64,000 nucleotides of DNA from Candidatus Omnitrophota bacterium. GTDB lineage: Bacteria > Omnitrophota > Gorgyraeia > Duberdicusellales > 4484-171. Shown piece after piece: positions 11,305-20,611 of this stretch (position 1 is its first letter; the number at the start of each line of letters is the position of its first letter). The position numbers were made by a program, and so were the translations under genes. Below the pieces are notes generated by a model. It had not been told where the DNA came from, ran no database searches, and saw nothing but the letters and a program-made list of their open reading frames with translations. The stretch is taken from assembly GCA_018826075.1 (NCBI GenBank), contig JAHKAJ010000014.1, positions 20,066-84,065 of the forward strand, read 5' to 3'.

Positions 11305-12285
11305 TTAGATGATGCCGGCGGCGATCAGATCCTGGATATCGAGCATTCCTACCGGTCGATAATTCTTATCCACCACCGGGACTTCGTCAATTTTTCTTTT
11401 TTCGAGAATCCGCAAAGCCTGAGATGCCAGATCAGTATCCCGAACCACAGTAGGGCCTTTAGTCATCACCTCACTGACCTTCTTCCTTAAAAGATGCGGG
11501 AAACGTTCCAAATTCCTTCTTAAATCTCCGTCAGTGAAAATACCCACCAGACAGCCCTTTTTATCCACTACCGAAGCTGCTCCGGCATGAAGAGTGGTTA
11601 TTTTAAGCAAAACATCTTTTATCAAGGTATTTTCGGAAACTACCGGATTATATTTATTGGTACGCATAGCGTCTTTAACGCTTAAAAGGAGCTTGCGGCC
11701 CAATGAACCCCGGGGATGAAAAAAAGCAAAATCCCTCTGCTTAAAACCCTTCATTTTTTGCAAAACCACTGAAAGAGCATCACAAACCACCAGCATGACT
11801 GTAGTGGAAGTAGTGGGAGCCAAACCCAAAGGGCAAGCTTCTTTATCTACTTTAACGCTGACAATGCCGTCGGCGTAGCGAGCCAGATTAGATGAGATGT
11901 TTCCGGTTATAGCTATGATCTTAGCGCCGATTTTTTTAACAAAAGGGATCAAGTGCTTTATCTCGTCAGTTTCTCCGCTATAGGATAATACCACCACCAC
12001 ATCGCCTTCTTTTATCCGACCGAGATCTCCATGGACTGCTTCAGCGGCATGAAGCCAAAACGATGACGAACCGGTAGAAGAAAGCGTGGCTGAAAACTTC
12101 TGGCCGATGATCCCGGCCTTACCCATACCGGTGACGATGATCCGGCCGCGACAAGAATAAAGGATATTTACGCTTTTAAAAAACTCCTCATCCAGGCTCT
12201 TTCTTAATTTATCAATGCCGCAGACTTCAGTGGCCAATACCTGATCAGCCCAACTTAATATTTCCTTAAGCTTAAAACGCTTCAT
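11305..12285 (-). CDS. kdsD: Arabinose-5-phosphate isomerase (SIS + CBS pair)
   Basis: SIS-domain motifs (GMGKAG, VVVLSYSGET) and a tandem CBS C-terminus. Confidence 0.8.
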   Translation of the reverse strand: MKRFKLKEILSWADQVLATEVCGIDKLRKSLDEEFFKSVNILYSCRGRIIVTGMGKAGIIGQKFSATLSSTGSSSFWLHAAEAVHGDLGRIKEGDVVVVLSYSGETDEIKHLIPFVKKIGAKIIAITGNISSNLARYADGIVSVKVDKEACPLGLAPTTSTTVMLVVCDALSVVLQKMKGFKQRDFAFFHPRGSLGRKLLLSVKDAMRTNKYNPVVSENTLIKDVLLKITTLHAGAASVVDKKGCLVGIFTDGDLRRNLERFPHLLRKKVSEVMTKGPTVVRDTDLASQALRILEKRKIDEVPVVDKNYRPVGMLDIQDLIAAGII

Positions 12286-13079
12286 GATTTTTGTTCCGGT
12301 TTTGATATTTCCCGTATTTTTATTGCCTTGCTTATTAGATCTTCTATTTTGTTCAAGGGATATGAAGTATGCTTATCCGAAAGAGCAGTTTTGGGTTTAG
12401 GGTGGACTTCCAAAAATAACCCGTCTACCCCGCAGGCAACTGCCGCCAAAGCTAAAGGTTTGACGAACTGGCTATCGCCTCCGGAAATATTACCTTTGGC
12501 TGAAGGCCGCTGTAAGGAATGAGTGGCATCAAAGATCACCGGATAGCCAAACTGTTGCATAACTAAAAATGAACGAAAATCTACCACTAAGTTGTTATAG
12601 CCAAAACAACTCCCCCTTTCGGTGATCAAGATATTGTGGTTGCCGGCTGCTTCGACTTTTTTTATGATATGCACAACATCCGAAGGAGAGATAAACTGCC
12701 CCTTTTTGATATTAACGGTTTTTTTGGTTTTTGCGGCCTCTAAGATAATATCAGTCTGCCGGCACAAAAAAGCCGGGATCTGGATTATGTCTAAGACATC
12801 TTTTACCTTACAGACCTGGTCAAAGGAATGAACATCACTTAGGATCGGCAAAGAAAACTTCTTTTTAACTTCTTCTAATATTTTTATCCCTTTGTTTAAG
12901 CCCGGGCCGCGGAATGAATCCAAAGAAGTGCGGTTGGCTTTATCAAAAGAGGCTTTAAAAATAAATTCGACCGGATAGGATTTTAAAATCTCTTTCAAAC
13001 ACCCGGCTATTTCCAAAGTAAGGCTGCGGCTCTCTATCACACATGGGCCGGCAATGACTATGAGCTTTTTTTTATTCAT
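12282..13079 (-). CDS. kdsA: 3-deoxy-8-phosphooctulonate synthase
   Basis: 265 aa. IAGPCVIES..., FKASFDKANRTS, DATHSLQ motifs. Confidence 0.85.
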   Translation of the reverse strand: MNKKKLIVIAGPCVIESRSLTLEIAGCLKEILKSYPVEFIFKASFDKANRTSLDSFRGPGLNKGIKILEEVKKKFSLPILSDVHSFDQVCKVKDVLDIIQIPAFLCRQTDIILEAAKTKKTVNIKKGQFISPSDVVHIIKKVEAAGNHNILITERGSCFGYNNLVVDFRSFLVMQQFGYPVIFDATHSLQRPSAKGNISGGDSQFVKPLALAAVACGVDGLFLEVHPKPKTALSDKHTSYPLNKIEDLISKAIKIREISKPEQKS

Positions 13080-13093
13080 CTGATTCTACCTTT

Positions 13094-13840
13094 TTAATTA
13101 TCCTGATCAGCTAAGATCTTCTCGATCTGCTCCAGATCTTCCTGGGTGTCAACCCCCCAGGAATTAAACTGGGTTTGGATAACCTTTATTTTATACCCGG
13201 CTTCGATCACCCGGAGCTGTTCCAGCTTTTCCGCCTTTTCTAAACTCGAAGGCCCCAGGTTCTTAAAAGTATAAAGAAAATCTTTAGTATAGGCATATAT
13301 CCCCAAATGTTTATAGTAATTTTTCGGCTCATCCTGTCCGCGGTAATAGGGAATCGGGTAGCGCGAGAAATATATTGCCCAACCGTCTTTATCACAGATG
13401 ACCTTGACTGCATTGGGATTGTTTATTTCATGATCAGTGTCGATTTTTGTCTTGGCCGTAGCCATTAGAATACTCCGATCTGAAAGCATCTCATTAACTA
13501 AACCATCGATGACCGAAGGATGGATTAACGGCTCATCAGCCTGAATGTTTACCACTATCCCGACATCCAGTCCGGAGACTGCTTCGGCGATCCGGTCAGT
13601 CCCTGAAGGTTGTTCAGGGGAAGTCATGACAACTCTGGCCCCGAATTTTTCAGCCACTTTAGCAACCTCTGGATGATCACAAGCAATGATCAACTCATCA
13701 AGCAGGGATGCTTTATTCGCCGCCTGCCAACTCCACTGGAGAAGCGGTTTTCCTTTCAGGTTGTGGAGTAACTTATGAGTAAACCGGGTCGACTGATAAC
13801 GCGCCGGAATAACTCCGATGACTTTAATCTTTGTATCCAT
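13094..13840 (-). CDS. kdsB: 3-deoxy-manno-octulosonate cytidylyltransferase
   Basis: VIGVIPARYQSTRF...GKPLL nucleotide-binding motif. The track start is a TTG extension; ATG at 13840 chosen. Confidence 0.8.
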   Translation of the reverse strand: MDTKIKVIGVIPARYQSTRFTHKLLHNLKGKPLLQWSWQAANKASLLDELIIACDHPEVAKVAEKFGARVVMTSPEQPSGTDRIAEAVSGLDVGIVVNIQADEPLIHPSVIDGLVNEMLSDRSILMATAKTKIDTDHEINNPNAVKVICDKDGWAIYFSRYPIPYYRGQDEPKNYYKHLGIYAYTKDFLYTFKNLGPSSLEKAEKLEQLRVIEAGYKIKVIQTQFNSWGVDTQEDLEQIEKILADQDN

Positions 13841-14813
13841 TGATCTTTGCCGAAAGTTCTTTTCGGTCGGTAGTCGCCGCGCCGAGTTTGCCGACCACGA
13901 TTCCGGCGGCAAAATTAGCGATTATCGCGGCTTCATGAAAATCAGCCCCACAGCTTAAGGCCAGAGTAAAAACAGCAATCACTGTATCGCCGGCTCCGGT
14001 GACATCATAGACCTCATGAGCTTGAGTCGGTATATGCTGGGTCCGGGAACCGGAAAATAAAACCATCCCGTCTTCACCCAAGGTTATCAGCAAAGCTTTG
14101 GGATTTAGCTTTTTCATGATTATCCGGCCTAAAAATTCGATTTCACTTTTTTTCCGTATTTTAGTATTGACTGCTGTCTGGGCTTCACTAAGGTTAGGAG
14201 TCAAAGCGGTAACGTTTTCATAGTAATCAAAATGTTCCTCTTTAGGATCGACAGTGATGATCTTCTTTTTAGTTTTACAGATATCGACAAGCTCTTCGAC
14301 TAAATTAGGATTTATCACTCCTTTACCGTAATCTTCGATGATCACCGCATCAAAATTATTGATATTAGCCTTAATCTTTCTAAGGATTGCCTGGTTGATC
14401 TTTGCCGACAAAAACTCCACCGACTCCCAGTCGACCCTGACCACCTGCTGATGATGAGCCATGATCCGGGTTTTTATGGTGGTCGGACGCTGGTTGTCTT
14501 TGATGATCAAGCCGGTCCCGATGCCGCGGGATTTGATATGCGAGAATAAAGTCTTACCAAAGTGGTCTCGGCCGACCACGCCCGAAAGGCTGCTCGATGC
14601 TCCCAAAGCCCTTAAGTTGAGGCCGACATTAGAGGCTCCTCCGCAGGTAAAGTTCTCATTTCTAGCCCAGACCACTGGAACCGGGGCCTCGGGAGAGATC
14701 CGGTCGACTTTGCCGAAAATATGGTGATCAAGGATAAGATCTCCCACCACCAGGATATTTTTGGAGGCAAAACGCGAAACGATCTTGGTCAGTTTTGGTT
14801 TATTTACCTTCAT
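13824..14813 (-). CDS. hldE: D-glycero-beta-D-manno-heptose-7-phosphate kinase (HldE/RfaE domain I only)
   Basis: ILVVGDLILDHHIFGKVDRISPEAPVPVV and the GAGDT PfkB motif. No adenylyltransferase domain. Confidence 0.7.
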   Translation of the reverse strand: MKVNKPKLTKIVSRFASKNILVVGDLILDHHIFGKVDRISPEAPVPVVWARNENFTCGGASNVGLNLRALGASSSLSGVVGRDHFGKTLFSHIKSRGIGTGLIIKDNQRPTTIKTRIMAHHQQVVRVDWESVEFLSAKINQAILRKIKANINNFDAVIIEDYGKGVINPNLVEELVDICKTKKKIITVDPKEEHFDYYENVTALTPNLSEAQTAVNTKIRKKSEIEFLGRIIMKKLNPKALLITLGEDGMVLFSGSRTQHIPTQAHEVYDVTGAGDTVIAVFTLALSCGADFHEAAIIANFAAGIVVGKLGAATTDRKELSAKINGYKD

Positions 14814-14874
14814 AAGCTTATCTTTTTAGGGATCGGGAACCAGATAATTATACCATTGGATTTGAAAAAATCTA

Positions 14875-15999
14875 CTATAAAAATAGGCTGGAAACACTAT
14901 CGGAAAACAGAAGGCCTTTTTTGGTTAAAACCAGGCCGCAAATCCGTCTATCTTTATGCCGATATCTCACTAAATGCTGGGCTAAAGCCTCTTTTAACCA
15001 ATCAGCTTCCAAGGCCAAAAAATCAAAACCAGTCTTAGCCTTAAACCAATCAAAGTCGATACCGGACACGGTTCTTATTTTCACCGCCGCAGTCTCTTTA
15101 GCCCGGCGTTCAGGTAATAGCTTTTCCTTCCAGGATAAGCTATCCTTACCGGATTTGACTGCTTTAATATACCGACCGCAGTCAGCAAGATATTGTTTGC
15201 GCACTCCCCCTTGGTAAGTTACTGCCGAAGCTCCTAAACCCAGATAGGGCTGATTATCCCAATAGTTAAGGTTGTGCCGGCATTGATAGCCGGGTTTAGA
15301 AAAATTAGAGATCTCATATTGCTGGAAACCTTTTCGGTTTAAAAAACTTACAGCATACTTGTACATCCCGGCTACCCTGGCTTCATCTAAAGGGTTTATG
15401 GTTTTAGCAGCCTTGGCTTTAAACAACAGCGTACCTTTTTCATAGGTTAAACTATACAAGGAAATATGCTTAACCGGCAATTTAACCGCTTTTTCCAACT
15501 CCTTCTGCCAATCAGATCCTTTCTCCTGCCAGAGGCCGAAAATCAGATCAATGCTGATATTATCTATGCCAGACTTTTTGGCTTTAGCAACTGCCTCTAA
15601 AGCCTGTCCGGCTGAATGGATTCTTCCCAGCTTTTTTAACTTCTCATCGCTTAAAGACTGAAGGCCGATACTGATCCGGTTTAGGCCTCCGGCAACAAGA
15701 ACTTTCAATTGGGCTTCGGTCAAGCTTTCCGGGTTAGCTTCAACCGTAAATTCGCATTCTACTGCCTGTTTTGACTTTAAAACTTTAAGTAATCTTTGCC
15801 AATCACTAATGGCCAAAACCGTAGGGGTTCCTCCGCCGATATAAATAGTTTTAAATCTGCCTTTCCAATCTTTGATCTGCCGGCAAAGAACATCTATGTA
15901 TCGGCCGGCTAAATCCGGCTGATAACCAATACTGTAAAAATCGCAGTAAAGGCACTTCTTGCGGCAAAACGGAATATGGATGTAGAGTGAATCAACCAT
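14875..15999 (-). CDS. hemW: Radical SAM heme chaperone HemW (coproporphyrinogen III oxidase-like)
   Basis: LYIHIPFCRKKCLYCDFYS CX3CX2C motif, 374 aa. Confidence 0.8.
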   Translation of the reverse strand: MVDSLYIHIPFCRKKCLYCDFYSIGYQPDLAGRYIDVLCRQIKDWKGRFKTIYIGGGTPTVLAISDWQRLLKVLKSKQAVECEFTVEANPESLTEAQLKVLVAGGLNRISIGLQSLSDEKLKKLGRIHSAGQALEAVAKAKKSGIDNISIDLIFGLWQEKGSDWQKELEKAVKLPVKHISLYSLTYEKGTLLFKAKAAKTINPLDEARVAGMYKYAVSFLNRKGFQQYEISNFSKPGYQCRHNLNYWDNQPYLGLGASAVTYQGGVRKQYLADCGRYIKAVKSGKDSLSWKEKLLPERRAKETAAVKIRTVSGIDFDWFKAKTGFDFLALEADWLKEALAQHLVRYRHKDRRICGLVLTKKGLLFSDSVSSLFL

Positions 16000-16024
16000 A
16001 ATAATATGCTATAATTATAAAGCT

Positions 16025-17311
16025 ATGGAAAAATTAGTCTATATAATTCAAGCTCCGCCGTTCTGGCTAAAAACCCCACCATTATCACTAGCCTATCTTC
16101 AATCATATCTACAAAGCAAAGGTATCAATACCGGCATAATTGATTTAAACCAGGAATTATTTATCAATGTAGGGGCGGGTTTTAAACCCGCCCCTACAAA
16201 AAGATGGTTACAGTTAGATGAAGAATTTGAAAAAAACCTTTTCGGCATGGTTGAAAAATTATATCCAGAATTTCTGGAAAAAACCTTTAATCGGATAAAA
16301 GCCTCTGAATTTATCGGTTTCTCACTTAACCGGCGCAACCGCCACTTTTCTTTTTCTCTGGCTACAAAAATCAAAGAAAGATACCCTGAGAAAAAAATCA
16401 TCTTTGGCGGGCCGGAAAGTTTAAACTTAAGACTGAAATCTAAACTAAATCCTGACTATTATTGGGTAATCGGAGAAGGCGAAAAAGCTCTTCAGGCCAT
16501 AATCGAGAAAAACGGCTCCAGAGTTATTTGTCATCAGGAATTAGATGATCTTGATCAACTGCCTTTTTATGATTTTGATAATCTTGATGGTAAAGGGCCA
16601 GGCAGGCCTGGCCCCTACAGTATGACCATTCCGCTTTTTTCTTCACGCGGCTGCCCTCATCAATGTAAGTTTTGCACTGAACGCCTGCTCTATAAAAAAG
16701 TCCGTCAACACTCAGTGGACTATATGATCGAACAGATAAAACTACTAAAAAGCCGACATCAAACTAACAGCTTTGTCTTCTTAGATTCCCTGATAAATTA
16801 CCGGACAGATTGGTTAAGAAATTTCTCTCAGCAACTAATCGCCAGTAACCTCAATATTAAATGGGAAGCCCAGCTAAGAGTCGATCAAAGTTTTCCTTTA
16901 GAAGTTGCAAAGTTAATGAAAGTCAGCGGATGTTATAACCTTTTTGTCGGCTTGGAAAGCGCCTCGGATAAAGTATTAGCCGCGATGAACAAAGGCTTTA
17001 CTGCTGCTGAAGCTTTGACTTTCTTGAAAACTCTCGATAAAGCCGGCCTGCATTTTGAGATCAGCCTGATCTTTGGTTATCCCGGGGAAGGCAAAAAAGA
17101 ATTTCAAGAAACTATCAACTTTATCCAAAACTATAAAAAACTAATACCAAAAATAGCCCAAGTCAACCCCTATATAGATTATTTTGATTCTAAACATCCG
17201 GAATATAGTGATACAACCCAAGAGCGAGTAAACCAGTTTTTAGCCCTTATAAACCAGGAGCGGATTCCTTACACTAAAAGTTTTATCAACAACCTGATAT
17301 ATGGAAATTAA
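16025..17311 (+). CDS. B12-binding domain radical SAM protein
   Basis: N-terminal Rossmann-like B12 domain, then SSRGCPHQCKFCTE. 428 aa. Translationally coupled to the next gene (11-nt overlap). Confidence 0.7.
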   Translation: MEKLVYIIQAPPFWLKTPPLSLAYLQSYLQSKGINTGIIDLNQELFINVGAGFKPAPTKRWLQLDEEFEKNLFGMVEKLYPEFLEKTFNRIKASEFIGFSLNRRNRHFSFSLATKIKERYPEKKIIFGGPESLNLRLKSKLNPDYYWVIGEGEKALQAIIEKNGSRVICHQELDDLDQLPFYDFDNLDGKGPGRPGPYSMTIPLFSSRGCPHQCKFCTERLLYKKVRQHSVDYMIEQIKLLKSRHQTNSFVFLDSLINYRTDWLRNFSQQLIASNLNIKWEAQLRVDQSFPLEVAKLMKVSGCYNLFVGLESASDKVLAAMNKGFTAAEALTFLKTLDKAGLHFEISLIFGYPGEGKKEFQETINFIQNYKKLIPKIAQVNPYIDYFDSKHPEYSDTTQERVNQFLALINQERIPYTKSFINNLIYGN

Positions 17312-18146
17312 AACTGTTAATACCCAAAAAGTCTTATCCCCCACTCAAATTTCTTTGGCGGATTATGTCATCAATCCTTACAAGGGCTGTGAGTTTGGCT
17401 GCCTCTATTGTTATGCTCAAGAAAACAAAAATATCGATAAAAATAACTTCTTTGATTCCCTGGCAGTAAAAATCAATGCCCCCCAAATCCTGGAAAAAGA
17501 ATTGCGCTATAAAAAACCTAAACGGGTACTTTTAGGTTCGACTACCGAGTGTTTCCCGGCTCAAGAGTTAAACTTTAAAGTTACCGGAAAAATCCTGGAA
17601 ATCCTTAATAGCAAACAGATCCCGTATACCATCCTCGCTAAATCTCATTTAATCGCTAACTATCTCGAATTGATATCCAAAAATCCTGGAAACAAGATCT
17701 TTTTTACCTTTAACTTTCAATCCGATGAGCTGATCCGTTTATTCGAAAAAAAATCACCGGTATTAAAACAACGCTTGCAGACAATCAGAAAAATCATTGC
17801 CGCCAGAATAAACTTAAGAGTCCACATCGGGCCGTTTATCCCCTATGTTTCGGATTTGGAAAAAATATTAAAACTTATACCAAAAGGCGTGAAAGAAATC
17901 GACATCGAACTTTACCACCCCAAACAGGGAAATTTCAACCAGATCATAAAAGCTGTTAGAGAAAATGTTGCTGAAGAAACAAGCAAGAAGCTAGAAGCAG
18001 TGTATCGATGTGAAAAAAATTACCGTGAATTTATTAAAAATTTAAAAGCCAAGGCTGAATCTCTGAACGATTACCCAAATCTTAAATTATACTGGATCAA
18101 CCCAGCCTTCAACCAATTTTACAACTCCCAAATAAAATACACCTGA
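17301..18146 (+). CDS. Radical SAM protein, COG1533/SplB (spore photoproduct lyase/DNA photolyase-like) family
   Basis: NPYKGCEFGCLYCYAQE matches the family motif PYxGCxxGCxYCYA. Confidence 0.65.
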   Translation: MEIKTVNTQKVLSPTQISLADYVINPYKGCEFGCLYCYAQENKNIDKNNFFDSLAVKINAPQILEKELRYKKPKRVLLGSTTECFPAQELNFKVTGKILEILNSKQIPYTILAKSHLIANYLELISKNPGNKIFFTFNFQSDELIRLFEKKSPVLKQRLQTIRKIIAARINLRVHIGPFIPYVSDLEKILKLIPKGVKEIDIELYHPKQGNFNQIIKAVRENVAEETSKKLEAVYRCEKNYREFIKNLKAKAESLNDYPNLKLYWINPAFNQFYNSQIKYT

Positions 18147-18149
18147 TTA

Positions 18150-18827
18150 TTAAGGACAAATACCGTTTGAGCCGCCGTCTGAACCGACATAAAGTGCAGC
18201 ATCGTAACCATCAGTCCAACGCTGCACATTTACAACTCCCCTCATATCTATGCCCGGCGGAGTAAGTTCCTGGGGTGTTTCCTGTTTATCAAAAACGCTA
18301 TTGACGGCATAAGCAATAGTTTTAGGCACGTTAGTAAGATAAACCGCTACGCCGGGAACAGTGTCAGGTGTGCCATCAGCATCTAAATCAAACCTAGCCG
18401 TATAGACTGCTCCCGAACCGCCAATAAAGTAGTGTCCGGGTTGAGACCAAGTTGTAGCCAACCCGGTATCTGGCCAGGGATGTTTTGTCGCACGCTCTAT
18501 ATACGGCCCATCCCAACCAGAAACATCAGCTTCGTTAGTTAGTAAAGGCGAAGCCTGGAGAGACAAACAGCCTCCACCACTAGGATCTTCCAATATCCAA
18601 ACTACCCCAACAACATCATCGGGTGTAAAATAATGGGCACCGGGAAATATCCCTACGTCCGAATAGAAAGCCATCAAAGCAGTCTTTATAGTTTTCATTT
18701 CAGAGGCTGCTTTGGCAACTTTCGCCTTCTCGATCGCTTTAAAAGCGTTGGGAGCGATGATGGCGGCAAGGATGGCGATGATAGCGATAACCACAATCAA
18801 CTCAATAAGGGTAAATGATTTTTTCAC
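18150..18827 (-). CDS. Prepilin-type N-terminal cleavage/methylation domain protein (orphan pilin-like)
   Basis: MKKSFTLIELIVVIAIIAILAA class III signal. 225 aa with a G/P/W/D-rich C-terminal domain. Confidence 0.6.
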   Translation of the reverse strand: MKKSFTLIELIVVIAIIAILAAIIAPNAFKAIEKAKVAKAASEMKTIKTALMAFYSDVGIFPGAHYFTPDDVVGVVWILEDPSGGGCLSLQASPLLTNEADVSGWDGPYIERATKHPWPDTGLATTWSQPGHYFIGGSGAVYTARFDLDADGTPDTVPGVAVYLTNVPKTIAYAVNSVFDKQETPQELTPPGIDMRGVVNVQRWTDGYDAALYVGSDGGSNGICP

Positions 18828-18841
18828 TAATCCCTCCGCTT

Positions 18842-19711
18842 TTATTTTTCCTTATGTTTTCGCTCTATGGGGACGATGCCGGCCATATCTCCAATAAGAT
18901 TGATTATATCGCTTCCGGCCGGAACTACTATCTTGGCATTATCTTCCAGGGCTGATTCCAAAGCCTGAAGTTTTCTCAACAGCTGGGCATTGCCGATAAA
19001 ATATTTATCGGCGGCTTCATTAACCAGCCTGATTGCTTCAGCTTCACCTTGAGCTTGTAAAATCCTGGCCTGCCTTATACCTTCTGCTTCTTTGATCTTG
19101 GCCCGCTTTTCACCGTCAGCTACGGTTTCCCGGGCAGTAGCAAAATCTATCGCCGCTATTTTTTCATTCTCGGCTTTTACTACCTTATTCATGGTATCCT
19201 GAACATCTTTGGGCGGATCTATCTGCTTTAGCTCAGTCCGGACGATTTCAATCCCCCAGCTGGTGGTCTCATCTTTAAGAGTTCGGTGTAACTCGGAATT
19301 AATTTTTCCTCTTTCGCTGTTGGCCGATTTCAAAGTGAGAGTACCGATAATGTTGCGCAAAGTAGTCCTAGCTAAATTCACTATTTGCTCTTTATAATCA
19401 TTCACGTTATATTGAGAACTTTTTACGCTGGCCTCATCAGATTTAACTTTAGAATAAACCTGGGCATCGACCTGGGCGTTTAAGTTGTCGTTGGTGATGA
19501 TCTCCTGGGGTTCAGCATCAACCATCTGCTCGGTTACATTCACAATATACATTTTCTCAATAACCGGCACGATCCAATGGAATCCCGGATTGGCAAAACG
19601 ACTGTATTTTCCCAGCCGCTCGATCAATCCCCGGCTGGTCGGCCTGATTATCCTAATACCGGCAAAAAACAGAAAAATCGCTACCGGAATCAACAATTTG
19701 ACTATATTCAT
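18842..19711 (-). CDS. SPFH/band-7 (stomatin/prohibitin-like) membrane protein
   Basis: N-terminal TM, then an SPFH core and a coiled-coil tail (QAQGEAEAIRL). Confidence 0.75.
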   Translation of the reverse strand: MNIVKLLIPVAIFLFFAGIRIIRPTSRGLIERLGKYSRFANPGFHWIVPVIEKMYIVNVTEQMVDAEPQEIITNDNLNAQVDAQVYSKVKSDEASVKSSQYNVNDYKEQIVNLARTTLRNIIGTLTLKSANSERGKINSELHRTLKDETTSWGIEIVRTELKQIDPPKDVQDTMNKVVKAENEKIAAIDFATARETVADGEKRAKIKEAEGIRQARILQAQGEAEAIRLVNEAADKYFIGNAQLLRKLQALESALEDNAKIVVPAGSDIINLIGDMAGIVPIERKHKEK

Positions 19712-19774
19712 GACTATCCCCCTTTTTTTAAAGCTTGCTTTTTATTCCCTGTTATTTATAATAACATAAAAATC

Positions 19775-20611
19775 ATGACCATAAAGCCTTTTTTTAGCAT
19801 AATCATCCCCACCTTTAACCGGAAAAGTTTTCTTAGGATCGCCCTGGATTCCTGCCTCCAGCAAACCTTTGATGGCTACGAAATAATCGTTATTGATGAC
19901 GGCTCAAACGACGGAACCAAAAAAATGGTGGCTGGCTTAAATCATAAAAAAATCAGCTATTCTTACCAAAAAAACCAGGGGCCGGCTGCGGCCAGGAATA
20001 ACGGCATCAAGAAAGCTAAAGGTAAATTCATCTGCTTTCTTGACTCTGATGACCGTTTCCGTAAACAAAAACTAGAAACAACTTATGATTACATCCAAAA
20101 ACACCCTGGATACAAAGTATTTCACAGCCAGGAAATCTGGTATCGTAACGGCCGGCTGCTTTCTGCGAAAAAATACCATCAAAAACCAAACGGCTGGGTA
20201 TTCCCGGCAGCAGTGAAGCTCTGTTGCCTAAGCCCCTCGGCAATAACTCTCAAAAAAGACATCTTCGGCAAAATCGGTTATTTTGATGAAAAACTTTTGG
20301 CTTGCGAAGATTATGATTTTTTTCTGCGCCTGAGTTTAACTTATCCGGTTTTTTTAATACCCGAATATCTGACTTTAAAAGAAGGCGGCCATCCGGACCA
20401 ACAGTCAAAAAAATACCCGGCTATGGATGAATTCAGGATTTATGCCTTGAAAAAAATCTTAAAAAGCAAAGACTTAAATGACGAGAACTACCGACTAGCT
20501 TACCAGGAATTGAAACAAAAATGTACAATTTATATAAAGGGAGCTTTGAAACGAAATAAACTGAAACAAGCCGATGGATACAAACAAATTATTGCAAACT
20601 ATCAAAGATAG
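19775..20611 (+). CDS. Family 2 glycosyltransferase
   Basis: FSIIIPTFNR...DGSNDGT...FLDSDD (DXD). The track ORF is extended upstream; ATG at 19775 chosen. Confidence 0.75.
   Translation: MTIKPFFSIIIPTFNRKSFLRIALDSCLQQTFDGYEIIVIDDGSNDGTKKMVAGLNHKKISYSYQKNQGPAAARNNGIKKAKGKFICFLDSDDRFRKQKLETTYDYIQKHPGYKVFHSQEIWYRNGRLLSAKKYHQKPNGWVFPAAVKLCCLSPSAITLKKDIFGKIGYFDEKLLACEDYDFFLRLSLTYPVFLIPEYLTLKEGGHPDQQSKKYPAMDEFRIYALKKILKSKDLNDENYRLAYQELKQKCTIYIKGALKRNKLKQADGYKQIIANYQR

Noticed and set aside
13841-13912. An N-terminal 24-aa extension of KdsB (MPPESWSANS...) overlapping hldE by about 90 nt
   Set aside because: It is a TTG-initiated extension. The conserved KdsB N-terminus begins at the internal ATG (MDTKIKVIGVIPARY).
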